DNA of 64,000 nucleotides from an uncultured Candidatus Saccharibacteria bacterium (lineage in GTDB: Bacteria > Patescibacteriota > Dojkabacteria > SC72). The DNA is taken from positions 8,147-72,146 of the forward strand of contig CAYOEG010000002.1 of NCBI GenBank assembly GCA_964403155.1, in the 5' to 3' direction. Below the pieces are notes generated by a model, which worked only from the letters and a program-made list of their open reading frames with translations, made no database searches and was not told the origin of the DNA. Numbering within the stretch: the stretch's first letter is position 1; each line of letters begins with the position of its first letter. Made by a program: the position numbers and the translations under genes. Positions 1 to 9,534 of the stretch are shown one piece after another.

Positions 1-931
1 TTTCTTCCTCAGGTGAGAAGTCTCCAGTATCTTTACTTTCTACTCCTGCTTTGGCTAATTTTTCTTTAGCTTCTGCGACTGTTAAATATGGGAAATCTCC
101 TTCCGGTACTTTGATGTCTACATCAAATACTTCCTTTATCTTCTCTCCATATTTTGTTTTAACCTCAGCAAGCATTTTCTTAAGCATTTCTTGTTCGTAA
201 TGACATATATCCTTATACGAATCTATATATGCCATCTCTACATCGAAGCTTGTGTATTCTGTTAAGTGTCGTGTAGTAAATGATTTCTCTGCTCTAAATA
301 CAGGTCCCATGTTGAATACTCTTTCTAAGTCTGATGCCATTCCCATCTGTTTATGGAATTGTGGGGACTGTGCTAGGTATGCTTTTCTATCAAAATATTT
401 TACCTCAAATACACTTGCACCTGATTCACTTGCGGCACTGATTACTCTTGGGGCTTGTATTTCTACAAATCCGTTGTCTACACAATATTGTCTGAATGAT
501 GCTCCCATTGTTGTAGCTACATCCATCATTAGTTGGTTTCGCTTACTTCTTAGATCTATCCATCTGTAGTCTAATCTTTTGTCTAATGCACTTACGTTAT
601 CTACGTGTTCTCCTTCTATGGATATTGGAAGTGGTGTTTTAGATAGTGAGTCTATTTTTAGTGTTTTTATTCCTATTTCATATCCACATGCGACTTGTTT
701 TGCTTCTTTTACTTCTCCTGTTATGTCTACAATTGATTCAGCGGTTAGTGATTTTGCAGTTTTGAATACTTCTTCGTCTCCATACCATGCTACGGTTTGT
801 ACTATTCCACTTCTGTCTCTAACCATTATGAATATGATTTTTCCTTGATCTCTTATGGTATCTACTCTTCCTCTTATTCTTACTTCTTTTCCTATGTTTT
901 GGGAGAGTTCTCCAATATGTGTTCTTTCCAT
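1..931 (-). CDS. class II aminoacyl-tRNA synthetase, archaeal-type AspRS/AsnRS family (C-terminus lies beyond window start)
   Basis: Minus-strand translation from ATG (plus-strand CAT 929-931) reads MERTHIGELSQNIGKEVRIRGRV.. with an OB-fold anticodon-binding N-domain and a KRLDYRWIDLR motif. It is paralogous to the complete gene at 19997-21316. The listed + ORFs 252-569, 579-848 and 797-982 are antisense shadows of this gene. Confidence 0.7.
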   Translation of the reverse strand, partial: MERTHIGELSQNIGKEVRIRGRVDTIRDQGKIIFIMVRDRSGIVQTVAWYGDEEVFKTAKSLTAESIVDITGEVKEAKQVACGYEIGIKTLKIDSLSKTPLPISIEGEHVDNVSALDKRLDYRWIDLRSKRNQLMMDVATTMGASFRQYCVDNGFVEIQAPRVISAASESGASVFEVKYFDRKAYLAQSPQFHKQMGMASDLERVFNMGPVFRAEKSFTTRHLTEYTSFDVEMAYIDSYKDICHYEQEMLKKMLAEVKTKYGEKIKEVFDVDIKVPEGDFPYLTVAEAKEKLAKAGVESKDTGDFSPEEE

Positions 932-994
932 ATGTGTTATATAGATATTAATAATGGGAATTATAGCATAATTATATCGTGATATAATTAAATT

Positions 995-1447
995 ATGAAT
1001 GATTACAAATATACTCAACTAGCAATTGAAATGGCGAAGAAGTCTTTCGATGAGGGCGCTTTCCCTGCTGGTGCAGTAATTGTCAGAAATGATGAAGTTG
1101 TAGCTCAGAATACCTCTGCTAAATATCCACAAATCAACTTCCATGCAGAATCAAAAACTATTGATGAAGCAATTAACAAATTGAATTCACAGCTTACAGA
1201 TTGTACCTTATATTGTTCTATGCAACCTTGTTTAATGTGCCTTTCAAGAGCATATTGGGCTGGTATTAGAAGAATAGTATATGTAGTTGAGAAAGAAAAA
1301 GTAGATACTAAGCTCTGCTATGAGAGTCCATTAGATCATGAAAATATAGCCAGTAATTTCAATGAGAAGATCGAGATTATACATTTGCCAGACTTAGAAG
1401 ATGAAGCGATGGAAACATATAATAAGTGGGTGCAAGCAAATTCCTAA
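995..1447 (+). CDS. CMP/dCMP-type zinc-dependent nucleoside/nucleotide deaminase (TadA-like)
   Basis: HAE ... PCLMC zinc-binding motifs of the cytidine-deaminase fold; the 150-aa size fits TadA or guanine deaminase. Confidence 0.55.
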   Translation: MNDYKYTQLAIEMAKKSFDEGAFPAGAVIVRNDEVVAQNTSAKYPQINFHAESKTIDEAINKLNSQLTDCTLYCSMQPCLMCLSRAYWAGIRRIVYVVEKEKVDTKLCYESPLDHENIASNFNEKIEIIHLPDLEDEAMETYNKWVQANS

Positions 1448-1448
1448 G

Positions 1449-2534
1449 CTATTTCTTCCCCAACTCCTCCCACAACTGCTTCTCTCTCCTGTCTAACTTC
1501 GTAGGGACATCCAAATTTACTCTCACATAATGATCACCCCTCTTACCATCACCATTAAGAATATATGCACCCTTACCCTTTATTCTAAAAATAGTACCTG
1601 ATTGAGTACCCCTAGGAATCTTTAACTTAACACTCCCTGCAACAGTCTCTACCTCAATGCTACCCCCTAACACAGCCATAGGAATATCAATACCAACCTC
1701 AGAATAGATATCATTACCTCTTCTCTCAAAAATATCTGAAGCCTCAACCTCAATCTCAACATACAAATCACCAGAAGGAGTACCATTCCTACCCGCATTA
1801 CCACCACCTCTAAATCTTAAAACCATACCATCATACGAACCCGCAGGAAACTTAACACTAACCTTCTCAGAATCACTCTTAACACCAGAACCACCACAAC
1901 TACCACAAGGGGACTTAATAGTCTTACCAGTACCATGACACTTAGAACAAACACCCATAACCGCCATCTGGCCTAAAATAGTATTTCGAACCTGCCTCTC
2001 CTGGCCAGTACCATGACACACAGGACACTCCTCAACCTTACCATCCTTACTACCAGTACCATCACACACATCACAAACTACATCCCTCTGGACATTAATC
2101 TTGTATTCACCACCCTCCATAGCCTCCATGAAATCTAGCTTCACTCTGTAACGAATATCACCCCCTCTCTCTTCTCTAGTTCTTTGATTACCACCAAATC
2201 CAAAATCAAACCCACTATTTCCTCCACCAAAGAAAGAATTAAAAATATCACCCATATCAAAAGGAGTACCACCACTAAAATCTGAATATCCACCACCACC
2301 AGGATTAAAACCAGCAGTACCTGCGAAACCATACTGATCATATGCAGACCTCTTAGTCTCATCCGAAAGCACTTCGTATGCTTCCTGTACCTCCTTGAAT
2401 TTATCCTCAGCACCATCATCCTTATTCACATCAGGATGATATTTCTTAACTAGCTTTCTGTAAGCCTTCTTAAGTTGATCTTGTGTAGCTTTTTTCTCTA
2501 CACCCAATACTTCATAGTAATCTCTTTTTTCCAT
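1449..2534 (-). CDS. dnaJ: chaperone DnaJ (Hsp40)
   Basis: N-terminal J domain with HPD, Gly/Phe-rich linker, four CxxCxGxG zinc-finger repeats, C-terminal substrate-binding domains. Confidence 0.95.
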   Translation of the reverse strand: MEKRDYYEVLGVEKKATQDQLKKAYRKLVKKYHPDVNKDDGAEDKFKEVQEAYEVLSDETKRSAYDQYGFAGTAGFNPGGGGYSDFSGGTPFDMGDIFNSFFGGGNSGFDFGFGGNQRTREERGGDIRYRVKLDFMEAMEGGEYKINVQRDVVCDVCDGTGSKDGKVEECPVCHGTGQERQVRNTILGQMAVMGVCSKCHGTGKTIKSPCGSCGGSGVKSDSEKVSVKFPAGSYDGMVLRFRGGGNAGRNGTPSGDLYVEIEVEASDIFERRGNDIYSEVGIDIPMAVLGGSIEVETVAGSVKLKIPRGTQSGTIFRIKGKGAYILNGDGKRGDHYVRVNLDVPTKLDRREKQLWEELGKK

Positions 2535-2545
2535 AGCTCATCATT

Positions 2546-2579
2546 TTAGCAAACGTCTTTTTAATTTGCTAGTGAATAC
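2546..2579 (-). promoter_or_regulatory. CIRCE-like inverted repeat (TTAGCAAAC-N9-ATTTGCTAG) abutting a putative extended -10 (TGgTATTCA) upstream of dnaJ
   Basis: 7-bp perfect inverted repeat TAGCAAA/TTTGCTA with a 9-11 nt spacer, 12 bp upstream of the dnaJ start. It has the same architecture as the sites before groES and hrcA. Confidence 0.5.
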
Positions 2580-2607
2580 CACACAAATATTTGTTGAAGT
2601 TAACAAT

Positions 2608-2889
2608 CTACCCCTGCTTACTTCTTTTCTTAATTGTGTTTTTTACCCATTCCTCAGGATCTATACCCATCTTGTTACAAAATGCGAATATTAATGTAAG
2701 TAAATCTCCTACTTCTTCTGGGATTGGATCTGTGTCTCCAATACTTTTCTTGTATCCAGGATGCTCTGCTAAGAATCTTGCACTAATTTCTCCCAGCTCT
2801 TCTTGCATAGCAATAAGAAGAAGCTCTGGTGCAGTATCCCAACCATTATTCTTGTACATCTCCTTAACTTTCTGCTGTAATTCTTTCAT
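2608..2889 (-). CDS. MazG-like nucleotide pyrophosphohydrolase (small all-alpha NTP-PPase)
   Basis: EELGEISARF and EEVGDLLTLIF motifs typical of MazG-type NTP pyrophosphatases; 93 aa. Confidence 0.55.
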   Translation of the reverse strand: MKELQQKVKEMYKNNGWDTAPELLLIAMQEELGEISARFLAEHPGYKKSIGDTDPIPEEVGDLLTLIFAFCNKMGIDPEEWVKNTIKKRSKQG

Positions 2890-2959
2890 ATATTCTAAGA
2901 TTCATTTTAATACATACAGTATACCGCACAATTGTTAAGAAATCTGGTAATATATCACT

Positions 2960-3757
2960 ATGGAAAATCCCCAATGGAACATACAAACCGAAGACCAAAA
3001 CAAAATTAAAAAAACTAGGATATGGATATCTGCCATATTTGCAGGCATAGGGATAATCATTATAGCGAGCCAAGTAGTACCACTAGCTAAATCTTACATA
3101 GACGGATTAATAGAACAAACCAGAGCAAACTCCAAAGTAGAACCAGTACCCGAATCATACAAAACATATATAGAATCACAATTAGCCTACTATGATCCAG
3201 GCAAAAGCTACTTCGCTAATCTCACATCACAGCTAGGAGTATTAGGAGTTTCAACAGAATATTACGATGTAACCACACAAACAGAGAAAGCAATTATCAT
3301 AGACAAGGATTATGCAACAAACATGGCCATCAATATTCCAAGCATAGGAATATCAAACATCAACATAACCCCAAACGTAGATAGCTACAATGAAGAAACA
3401 TACAACAAATACCTCAAACTAGGATTAGCACATTTCAGAGGAACTCCCTTGCCAGGAGATGGAGGTAACTCCTTCATATATGGTCACAGTGCAGTAGAAA
3501 CCTTCTTCAGTACACACCAAAACCTACCAGAGACAATCTTCTCAAGATTGAGTAATATAGAGGTGGGAGAAGAAGTAGATATAACTAAGGATGAAAAAGT
3601 ACTAAAGTATATCGTAAGAAGTAAAAAGATTGTCTCCCCTGATGACTTTTCCATACTAGAATCTCAAAATGGGAAAGAAACCTTAACCATGATGACTTGT
3701 TGGCCACTTGGCATAGGAACTAAAAGATTAATAGTAATAGCTGAAAGAACAATTTAA
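2960..3757 (+). CDS. sortase (membrane-anchored transpeptidase)
   Basis: N-terminal TM anchor; catalytic His (IYGHSAVE), TLTMMTCWP catalytic Cys motif (TLxTC) and downstream Arg (GTKRLIV), in the canonical H-C-R order. Confidence 0.7.
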   Translation: MENPQWNIQTEDQNKIKKTRIWISAIFAGIGIIIIASQVVPLAKSYIDGLIEQTRANSKVEPVPESYKTYIESQLAYYDPGKSYFANLTSQLGVLGVSTEYYDVTTQTEKAIIIDKDYATNMAINIPSIGISNINITPNVDSYNEETYNKYLKLGLAHFRGTPLPGDGGNSFIYGHSAVETFFSTHQNLPETIFSRLSNIEVGEEVDITKDEKVLKYIVRSKKIVSPDDFSILESQNGKETLTMMTCWPLGIGTKRLIVIAERTI

Positions 3758-3774
3758 AATATTAAAAAGAAGAT

Positions 3775-5112
3775 ATGACACTAGATCCGAAGAAGAAGAA
3801 ATTTGTATTAATTGGAAGTATTGCGTTGGGAATAATGGTTATACTTGCGGTAATACTTTTACTCGTTAAAACGAACTCTAACAAAAACGAGGAAGATGAG
3901 CTTGGTACCGCAGAGCTAGTATATTGGGGTCTGTGGGAACCATCATCTGTAATGCAACCACTCATAGATCAGTACGAATCAATGCATAATGGGATAACGA
4001 TTCTTTACTCTCAACAAACATATACTAACTACGAAAGCAGGTTGTATACAAGACTTCAGCAATCTACAACATCCTCAGAACCTGCACCTGATATCTTCAG
4101 AGTACACAGTACTTGGACTCCAAAATATTACAAATATCTCTACCCACTCCCAGCATCTACAATGTCCGCGAGTACGTATGCCAGCACTTTCTACCCTACT
4201 GCAGTTTCAGATTTTACAGCCAAAGATGGAAATATCTATGCAATGCCATTAGAAATCGATGGGTTAGTTGTGTATTACAACAAGCAAATTTTGGCAAAAG
4301 CTGGTGTTACAGAAGTCCCAACAGATTGGGATTCTTTCGTAGAATTAGCACAGAAGTTAACAATCAAAACATCTGCCGGGAAAATCACACAATCAGGATT
4401 AGCCATAGGGACCTCCTCAAATGTCACTAATTCTGCAGATATTCTCTCATTCCTAATGCTACAACAAGGAGTATCAATAATAGATGATGCTAGAACTACC
4501 GTTACTCTTAATACTACCAAGGTAAAAAGTGTTGTCGATACATACACAAGTTTTGCCGTCGGAGATGATGCCATATGGGATTCAAGTTTGGGATCTGATC
4601 TCAATATGTTCTACCAAGGAAAACTTGCAATGATGATAGCTCCAAGTTGGACAGCGTTTGATATCTTACAATCTGCTACTACAATTGAATTCGGGATGGC
4701 TAAATTACCACAATTAGGTGCAAATGAAGATGCCGTCTACTACTCTACCTACTGGGGAGAAGCTGTAAGCAAAAATTGTAGTAATCCTAAAGCTGCATGG
4801 GATTTCATAAACTTTTTAGCACAGAAAGAACAACAGAAAACGCTATTCTCTAATGCTGCAAAGATACGAGCATTCGGAGAGCCATATTCATTAGTTGAGC
4901 TTAACAGTACGCTTGGGGAGAATACATACCTCACCGCAATTGCAGAATCTGCACCTCAGATGAAATCTTGGCCAATGGGAGATGAATCATTTGTAAAAGC
5001 AACATTAAACGAAATGATTACGAGTATTGTAGAAGATGGAACTAACACACAAGTTGCATTAAAAGCAGCAGAAGAAGAAATCAATACACAACTTGCAGAA
5101 ACTAATAAATAA
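3775..5112 (+). CDS. extracellular solute-binding protein, ABC-transporter family 1-like (membrane-anchored); no cognate permease or ATPase nearby
   Basis: N-terminal TM anchor followed by LVYWGLWEP ... PDIFRVHSTW, resembling sugar-type SBP_bac_1 proteins; about 445 aa. Confidence 0.5.
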   Translation: MTLDPKKKKFVLIGSIALGIMVILAVILLLVKTNSNKNEEDELGTAELVYWGLWEPSSVMQPLIDQYESMHNGITILYSQQTYTNYESRLYTRLQQSTTSSEPAPDIFRVHSTWTPKYYKYLYPLPASTMSASTYASTFYPTAVSDFTAKDGNIYAMPLEIDGLVVYYNKQILAKAGVTEVPTDWDSFVELAQKLTIKTSAGKITQSGLAIGTSSNVTNSADILSFLMLQQGVSIIDDARTTVTLNTTKVKSVVDTYTSFAVGDDAIWDSSLGSDLNMFYQGKLAMMIAPSWTAFDILQSATTIEFGMAKLPQLGANEDAVYYSTYWGEAVSKNCSNPKAAWDFINFLAQKEQQKTLFSNAAKIRAFGEPYSLVELNSTLGENTYLTAIAESAPQMKSWPMGDESFVKATLNEMITSIVEDGTNTQVALKAAEEEINTQLAETNK

Positions 5113-5129
5113 TCGCTATTATATACTTA

Positions 5130-7271
5130 ATGAAATTTCGAAATGCCCCAAGAAAATCCAAAAAGTTTTTAACCATATATCTGACTTTTTTCCTTCTGTT
5201 ATCAATCCCACTTGTAACGTGGGGAGTTGTTACAGGATCCTTTGATTTAAGAAATTTCGCCTTCGATGATCTTGTCGTTAGTGATGAGAATCCCTGTATA
5301 ATTTCACTCCCAAATGTTAATCCATACACCCTTGAGGTTGGTAAAAGTATAACGGTACAGGTAGATGCAGAAATTAAGGATTCGGGCATTGCAGAATTAA
5401 GAATAGTAGATTCAAAGGGGAATGCAATTCATACAGAAACATTTGATGATGCACCAATAACTCTAGCAACTAGTTTCAAATTCACACCTATGTCCTCAGG
5501 AATAGTTGATATGTTGGGAATGATAAAAAAGGTTGGAGGTGGAAGTGTCGCTTGTAAAATTAGTAGCGCATATGATGTATTAGGATTAAAAGCTTTAGCA
5601 AATAATAGTGCACCAGAATTTACAACCGTACCTGCTGGCTCCAAACCATCACAGGATATTACAACAGAAACTACATACGAATATACACTTGAGGCTAAGG
5701 ATGTTGATGGGGATCGTATAAACTACTCATATTCTTTTACAAAAGGTAATGCTTGGCTCAAGCCAACAGTTATTGAAGATGGATCAAATGGGAGTCTAAC
5801 CATAAAGTTCCAAGGTTCAACAGATGTGGCAGGAAGCTATCTCGCCAACGTATTCATCCACGATGGATACAGTAAGCATCTTGATGGGCAAGCATGGGTT
5901 ATAAGTGTAAGCCCAAGTCAAAACGATGTTCCACTAGTCAGGATTATTACACCATACTCTGCAACCTCGGTTAATCAGGGTTCCCCTATAAGCATCTCAT
6001 GGGAAGCATCTGATTTAAATCTAATTACAAAATATTCCATCTCTTTAGCAGAGAATCCCGCAGATGAAGATAGTTGGATACCTGTAAACACAAGTATTTC
6101 TGCACAAACAAATTCATATTTAATAAATACTTCAAATATCCCAAGCGGAGTATATAAGATTGTCGTAAGAGCTACAGATAATCAGACACCTGCATTAACA
6201 GGGACTACCGTATCCGCTCCCATCACAATCATCGGATCATCGAACCCCAATGAAGAAGATGATGTAGCCATAATTGCAGATCCACAAGTCACCAACATGA
6301 CCCCTACTACATCAGATACCATCTTTAACAAGCAGGTAACTATAAAAGCAACTTTAATTGCTGGAACAAATGCCAAAATAAAGGATGATACTGTTGCTAT
6401 CAAGTTAGACGATAAGAACATTACTGAAGAGGTTAGTATTAACAAGATATCTGATACAGAGCATACGATAATATATCAGACAGAAGAGGATCTCACAGTT
6501 GGGTTACATAAGGTCGAGGCTACTTTTGAAGATACAAATGGAAATACTGTAGAAAAGGATTGGACATTTACTATTCTCGAGGATGAGACACAAGTTGCAG
6601 AGGGCTATGTAAAGCTTTTTGGATACCAGGTAAGTCAAAGGACATTGATAATAATCGGGATTGGTATTTTAGTGGTAATAATCGCCATAGTAGCCCCAAT
6701 AATTATTTTCTCAGTATGGAAAGAGGAGCAGAAAAAGAAAGATTCTGAACCTGAAGATAAAGGATATCTCCCAAATATTCCTTCAGAACCAGTACCTACA
6801 GCAGATGTAAGTATTAATGATGTTAGAAATCTTGTGCAAACAGAACCTGAGGTAAAAGAAGAAGAAAAGAAACAAGATGTATGGGATAACTATGCAGCAC
6901 CAACTCCAATAAAAACACCTAAAGAAACAATTGTCATACCCGAACCTGAAGTAGAGATTCCAGCACCCATTGTAGAACCAGAACCAAAGGTAGAGGAAGT
7001 CATTCTAGAATCTGTGCAAACAACTACTCCTACTCCAGTAATCGAGCCAGAAGTAGTTCAACCAACAGTACCTGAGGTTGTGGAGGAGAAGACTCCTGAA
7101 CCAGAGCCAATAGTTACAGAAGTTCCACAACCAACAACGGAAGAAGCTCCTATGCCTACCCCACCTGAGCCAGATCTCTCACAAGACTTGGATCAAACAG
7201 ATGAATTAATGGCAATATATGAACAGATCCAACAGTCAAATCAAGAGGAAACTCCAAAGAATAGCCAATAG
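5130..7271 (+). CDS. type I membrane surface protein with Ig-like/He_PIG (cadherin-like) ectodomains and a Pro/Glu-rich tail
   Basis: Signal/anchor sequence; He_PIG-like motif TTETTYEYTLEAKDVDGDRINYSYSF; TM helix IIIGIGILVVIIAIVAPIIIFSVW; about 200 aa of PEPEV-type low-complexity C-terminus. Confidence 0.6.
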   Translation: MKFRNAPRKSKKFLTIYLTFFLLLSIPLVTWGVVTGSFDLRNFAFDDLVVSDENPCIISLPNVNPYTLEVGKSITVQVDAEIKDSGIAELRIVDSKGNAIHTETFDDAPITLATSFKFTPMSSGIVDMLGMIKKVGGGSVACKISSAYDVLGLKALANNSAPEFTTVPAGSKPSQDITTETTYEYTLEAKDVDGDRINYSYSFTKGNAWLKPTVIEDGSNGSLTIKFQGSTDVAGSYLANVFIHDGYSKHLDGQAWVISVSPSQNDVPLVRIITPYSATSVNQGSPISISWEASDLNLITKYSISLAENPADEDSWIPVNTSISAQTNSYLINTSNIPSGVYKIVVRATDNQTPALTGTTVSAPITIIGSSNPNEEDDVAIIADPQVTNMTPTTSDTIFNKQVTIKATLIAGTNAKIKDDTVAIKLDDKNITEEVSINKISDTEHTIIYQTEEDLTVGLHKVEATFEDTNGNTVEKDWTFTILEDETQVAEGYVKLFGYQVSQRTLIIIGIGILVVIIAIVAPIIIFSVWKEEQKKKDSEPEDKGYLPNIPSEPVPTADVSINDVRNLVQTEPEVKEEEKKQDVWDNYAAPTPIKTPKETIVIPEPEVEIPAPIVEPEPKVEEVILESVQTTTPTPVIEPEVVQPTVPEVVEEKTPEPEPIVTEVPQPTTEEAPMPTPPEPDLSQDLDQTDELMAIYEQIQQSNQEETPKNSQ
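6700..7200 (+). repeat. low-complexity Pro/Glu/Val-rich coding repeat (gaacc(a/t)gaa units) inside the 5130-7271 CDS
   Basis: Repeated PEPE/PEVE/PTPV peptide units visible in the translation and as reiterated gaaccagaa/cctgaa DNA motifs. Confidence 0.4.
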
Positions 7272-7297
7272 CATACAGAATTGATATAATCTGGACT

Positions 7298-9097
7298 ATG
7301 AAAAACCTTACATACAAAGAGATTAGAGATCGATATATAGAATTTTTCAAAAAGAACGGACATACAGAAATCCCAAGTGCTCCACTCGTACCAGAAAACG
7401 ATCCATCGGTACTCTTTGTTAATGCAGGTATGTTCCCATTGGTGCCCTTTTTGCAAGGAGAGAAACATCCTAATGGAACAAGATTGGTCGATTCACAAAG
7501 ATGTGTAAGAACAGGAGATATAGAAGAAGTAGGAGACACATACCATTACACAACTTTTGAAATGCTTGGGAACTGGTCACTCAATGACTACTTCAAGAAA
7601 GATGCAATATCTATGACTCTAAAGTTTTTTATTGAAAAGTTAGGATTTGATATTAATAAAGTATATGCAACTGTTTTTAAAGGAGATGATACTGCTCCAA
7701 AGGATACTGAATCTATCGAGGTTTGGACGAATCTTTTCAAAGAGTATGGCATTGATGCAAGGGCAGAAAACAAAATAATAGAGAATGGAAAGGAAGACAA
7801 CTGGTGGGAACTAGCTACTGGTGGTCCATGTGGTCCAGATTCTGAAATATTCTATGAAATAGGTGGGAAACTTGTAGAGGTTGGTAATAATGTCTTTATG
7901 GAATATCTCAAGGTGGGCAATGAATACAAGCCATTGGGAAGGCATAATGTAGACTTTGGCGGAGGATTGGATAGATTAGCTTCAATATGCCAAGGGGTTA
8001 ATGGTGCATATGAGACAGATATTTACAGACCCGTATTTGATGCGGTAAAGAAGCTATCCAAGAATGATATTCTAGAATCCCAAAGAGTCATAACTGACCA
8101 TATTAAGGCTGCTACGTGGATAATTATGGATGGTGTAGAACCAAGTAAGACAGAACAAGGTTATATCCTTAGACGTTTAATTAGAAGAGCAGTAAGACAT
8201 GGTAAAAAGCTTGGCATTGATGGATTATTTACTAGAAAGATTGGAGAGATAGCTATTAATCAATTCTCCCCTATATGGAACAAATTAGAGACAGACAGAG
8301 AAAGAATTTTAAATACATTGGAAGAGGAAGAGAAGAAATTTAGTAAAACATTAGACAATGGTTTAAAAATGTTTAAACAGTATTATCCTGATACAACAGA
8401 AAATGGGATGATAAAAACCACAAAAATTAATACCGAGATGAGTTTTGGTGAAGCGGCTTTTTATTTTTACGAAACATATGGTTTTCCATTAGAGTTATTC
8501 ATTGAAGAACTGACCCCTTGGTTGAGAAAACAGAATCTTTCTACACATGAAGAAGAAATTCGTATTCAATTCGAAGAAGAGCAGAAAAAGCATCAAGAAC
8601 TTTCGAGAACGTCATCTGCAGGACTCTTTAAAGGAGGCCTCGCAGACACATCAGAAATATCTACAAAATATCACACTACAACCCACCTACTCCTTGCAAC
8701 ACTAAGAAAAATACTCGGAGACCAGGTATATCAAAAAGGAAGTAATATTACTCCTGAAAGATTAAGATTTGACTATCCAGCAGATACAAAACTAACACCA
8801 GAACAAGTAAAACAAATAGAAGAAATGATAAATGAACAAATACAAAAAGGATTACCAGTAACATACGAAGAATTCCCCAAAGAAGAAGCATTAAAACTAG
8901 TACCATATGCAGCATTCTCTGAAAAATATGGCGATATCGTAAAAGTATATACCATAGGAGATAAATCAAACCCCTACTCCATAGAAATCTGCAATGGGCC
9001 ACACGTACAAAACACATCAGAACTAGGCAAATTCAGAATAGCTAAACAAGAAAATGTGGCAGCAGGTGTAAAAAGAATTAAAGCTGTATTAGAATAG
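7298..9097 (+). CDS. alaS: alanyl-tRNA synthetase, short form lacking the C-terminal C-Ala domain
   Basis: Class II AlaRS catalytic core (FVNAGMFP, RCVRTGDIEEVG, GNWSLNDYF); editing-domain HxxxH (HTTTHLL) and CxxxH (CNGPHV) motifs; 599 aa versus about 875 in typical bacteria. Confidence 0.85.
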   Translation: MKNLTYKEIRDRYIEFFKKNGHTEIPSAPLVPENDPSVLFVNAGMFPLVPFLQGEKHPNGTRLVDSQRCVRTGDIEEVGDTYHYTTFEMLGNWSLNDYFKKDAISMTLKFFIEKLGFDINKVYATVFKGDDTAPKDTESIEVWTNLFKEYGIDARAENKIIENGKEDNWWELATGGPCGPDSEIFYEIGGKLVEVGNNVFMEYLKVGNEYKPLGRHNVDFGGGLDRLASICQGVNGAYETDIYRPVFDAVKKLSKNDILESQRVITDHIKAATWIIMDGVEPSKTEQGYILRRLIRRAVRHGKKLGIDGLFTRKIGEIAINQFSPIWNKLETDRERILNTLEEEEKKFSKTLDNGLKMFKQYYPDTTENGMIKTTKINTEMSFGEAAFYFYETYGFPLELFIEELTPWLRKQNLSTHEEEIRIQFEEEQKKHQELSRTSSAGLFKGGLADTSEISTKYHTTTHLLLATLRKILGDQVYQKGSNITPERLRFDYPADTKLTPEQVKQIEEMINEQIQKGLPVTYEEFPKEEALKLVPYAAFSEKYGDIVKVYTIGDKSNPYSIEICNGPHVQNTSELGKFRIAKQENVAAGVKRIKAVLE

Positions 9098-9100
9098 ATC

Positions 9101-9532
9101 ATGGTAAAGTACCCAATATTAGCAATAGATTACGGTAAAAAGCACTTTGGATTAGCAATATCAGATTCAAAAGGAATCATTGCATCACCATTAGAAGTAC
9201 TCTCCATAACCGAACACCAAGGAAAAGATGAAATCATTCAAAATATAGTTGCCATATGTGAAGAATACAAAATCCAAACAATACTACTTGGATATCCCCA
9301 AGCATTTGTAGATAATCACAAAACCACTCAGAAAAATATTTCAAGATTCGAATACAAACTCAAAGAAAAGCTTACCCTACCTATCATTCTCTACGACGAG
9401 AGCTTTTCTACAACTTCTGCAGAAAATATGCTAATATCTTCTGGACAAAATACGAAGGGGTTTAGGACTAAAATAGACAAAGTGTCGGCAGCAGTATTTT
9501 TGCAAGAATTTTTAAATTCAAACAACAAGTAA
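9101..9532 (+). CDS. ruvX: Holliday-junction resolvase-like RNase H-fold protein YqgF/RuvX
   Basis: ILAIDYGKKHFGLAISD N-terminus and VSAAVFLQEFL C-terminus typical of YqgF. Confidence 0.8.
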   Translation: MVKYPILAIDYGKKHFGLAISDSKGIIASPLEVLSITEHQGKDEIIQNIVAICEEYKIQTILLGYPQAFVDNHKTTQKNISRFEYKLKEKLTLPIILYDESFSTTSAENMLISSGQNTKGFRTKIDKVSAAVFLQEFLNSNNK

Positions 9533-9534
9533 AA

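Noticed and set aside
252-982. Plus-strand ORFs 252-569, 579-848, 797-982
   Set aside because: They are antisense to a well-supported class II aaRS gene on the minus strand (1-931) and have low-complexity, serine-rich translations. Treated as shadow ORFs.
2141-2419. 92-aa minus-strand ORF within dnaJ
   Set aside because: Alternative frame of the dnaJ Gly/Phe-rich region; hydrophobic nonsense translation.
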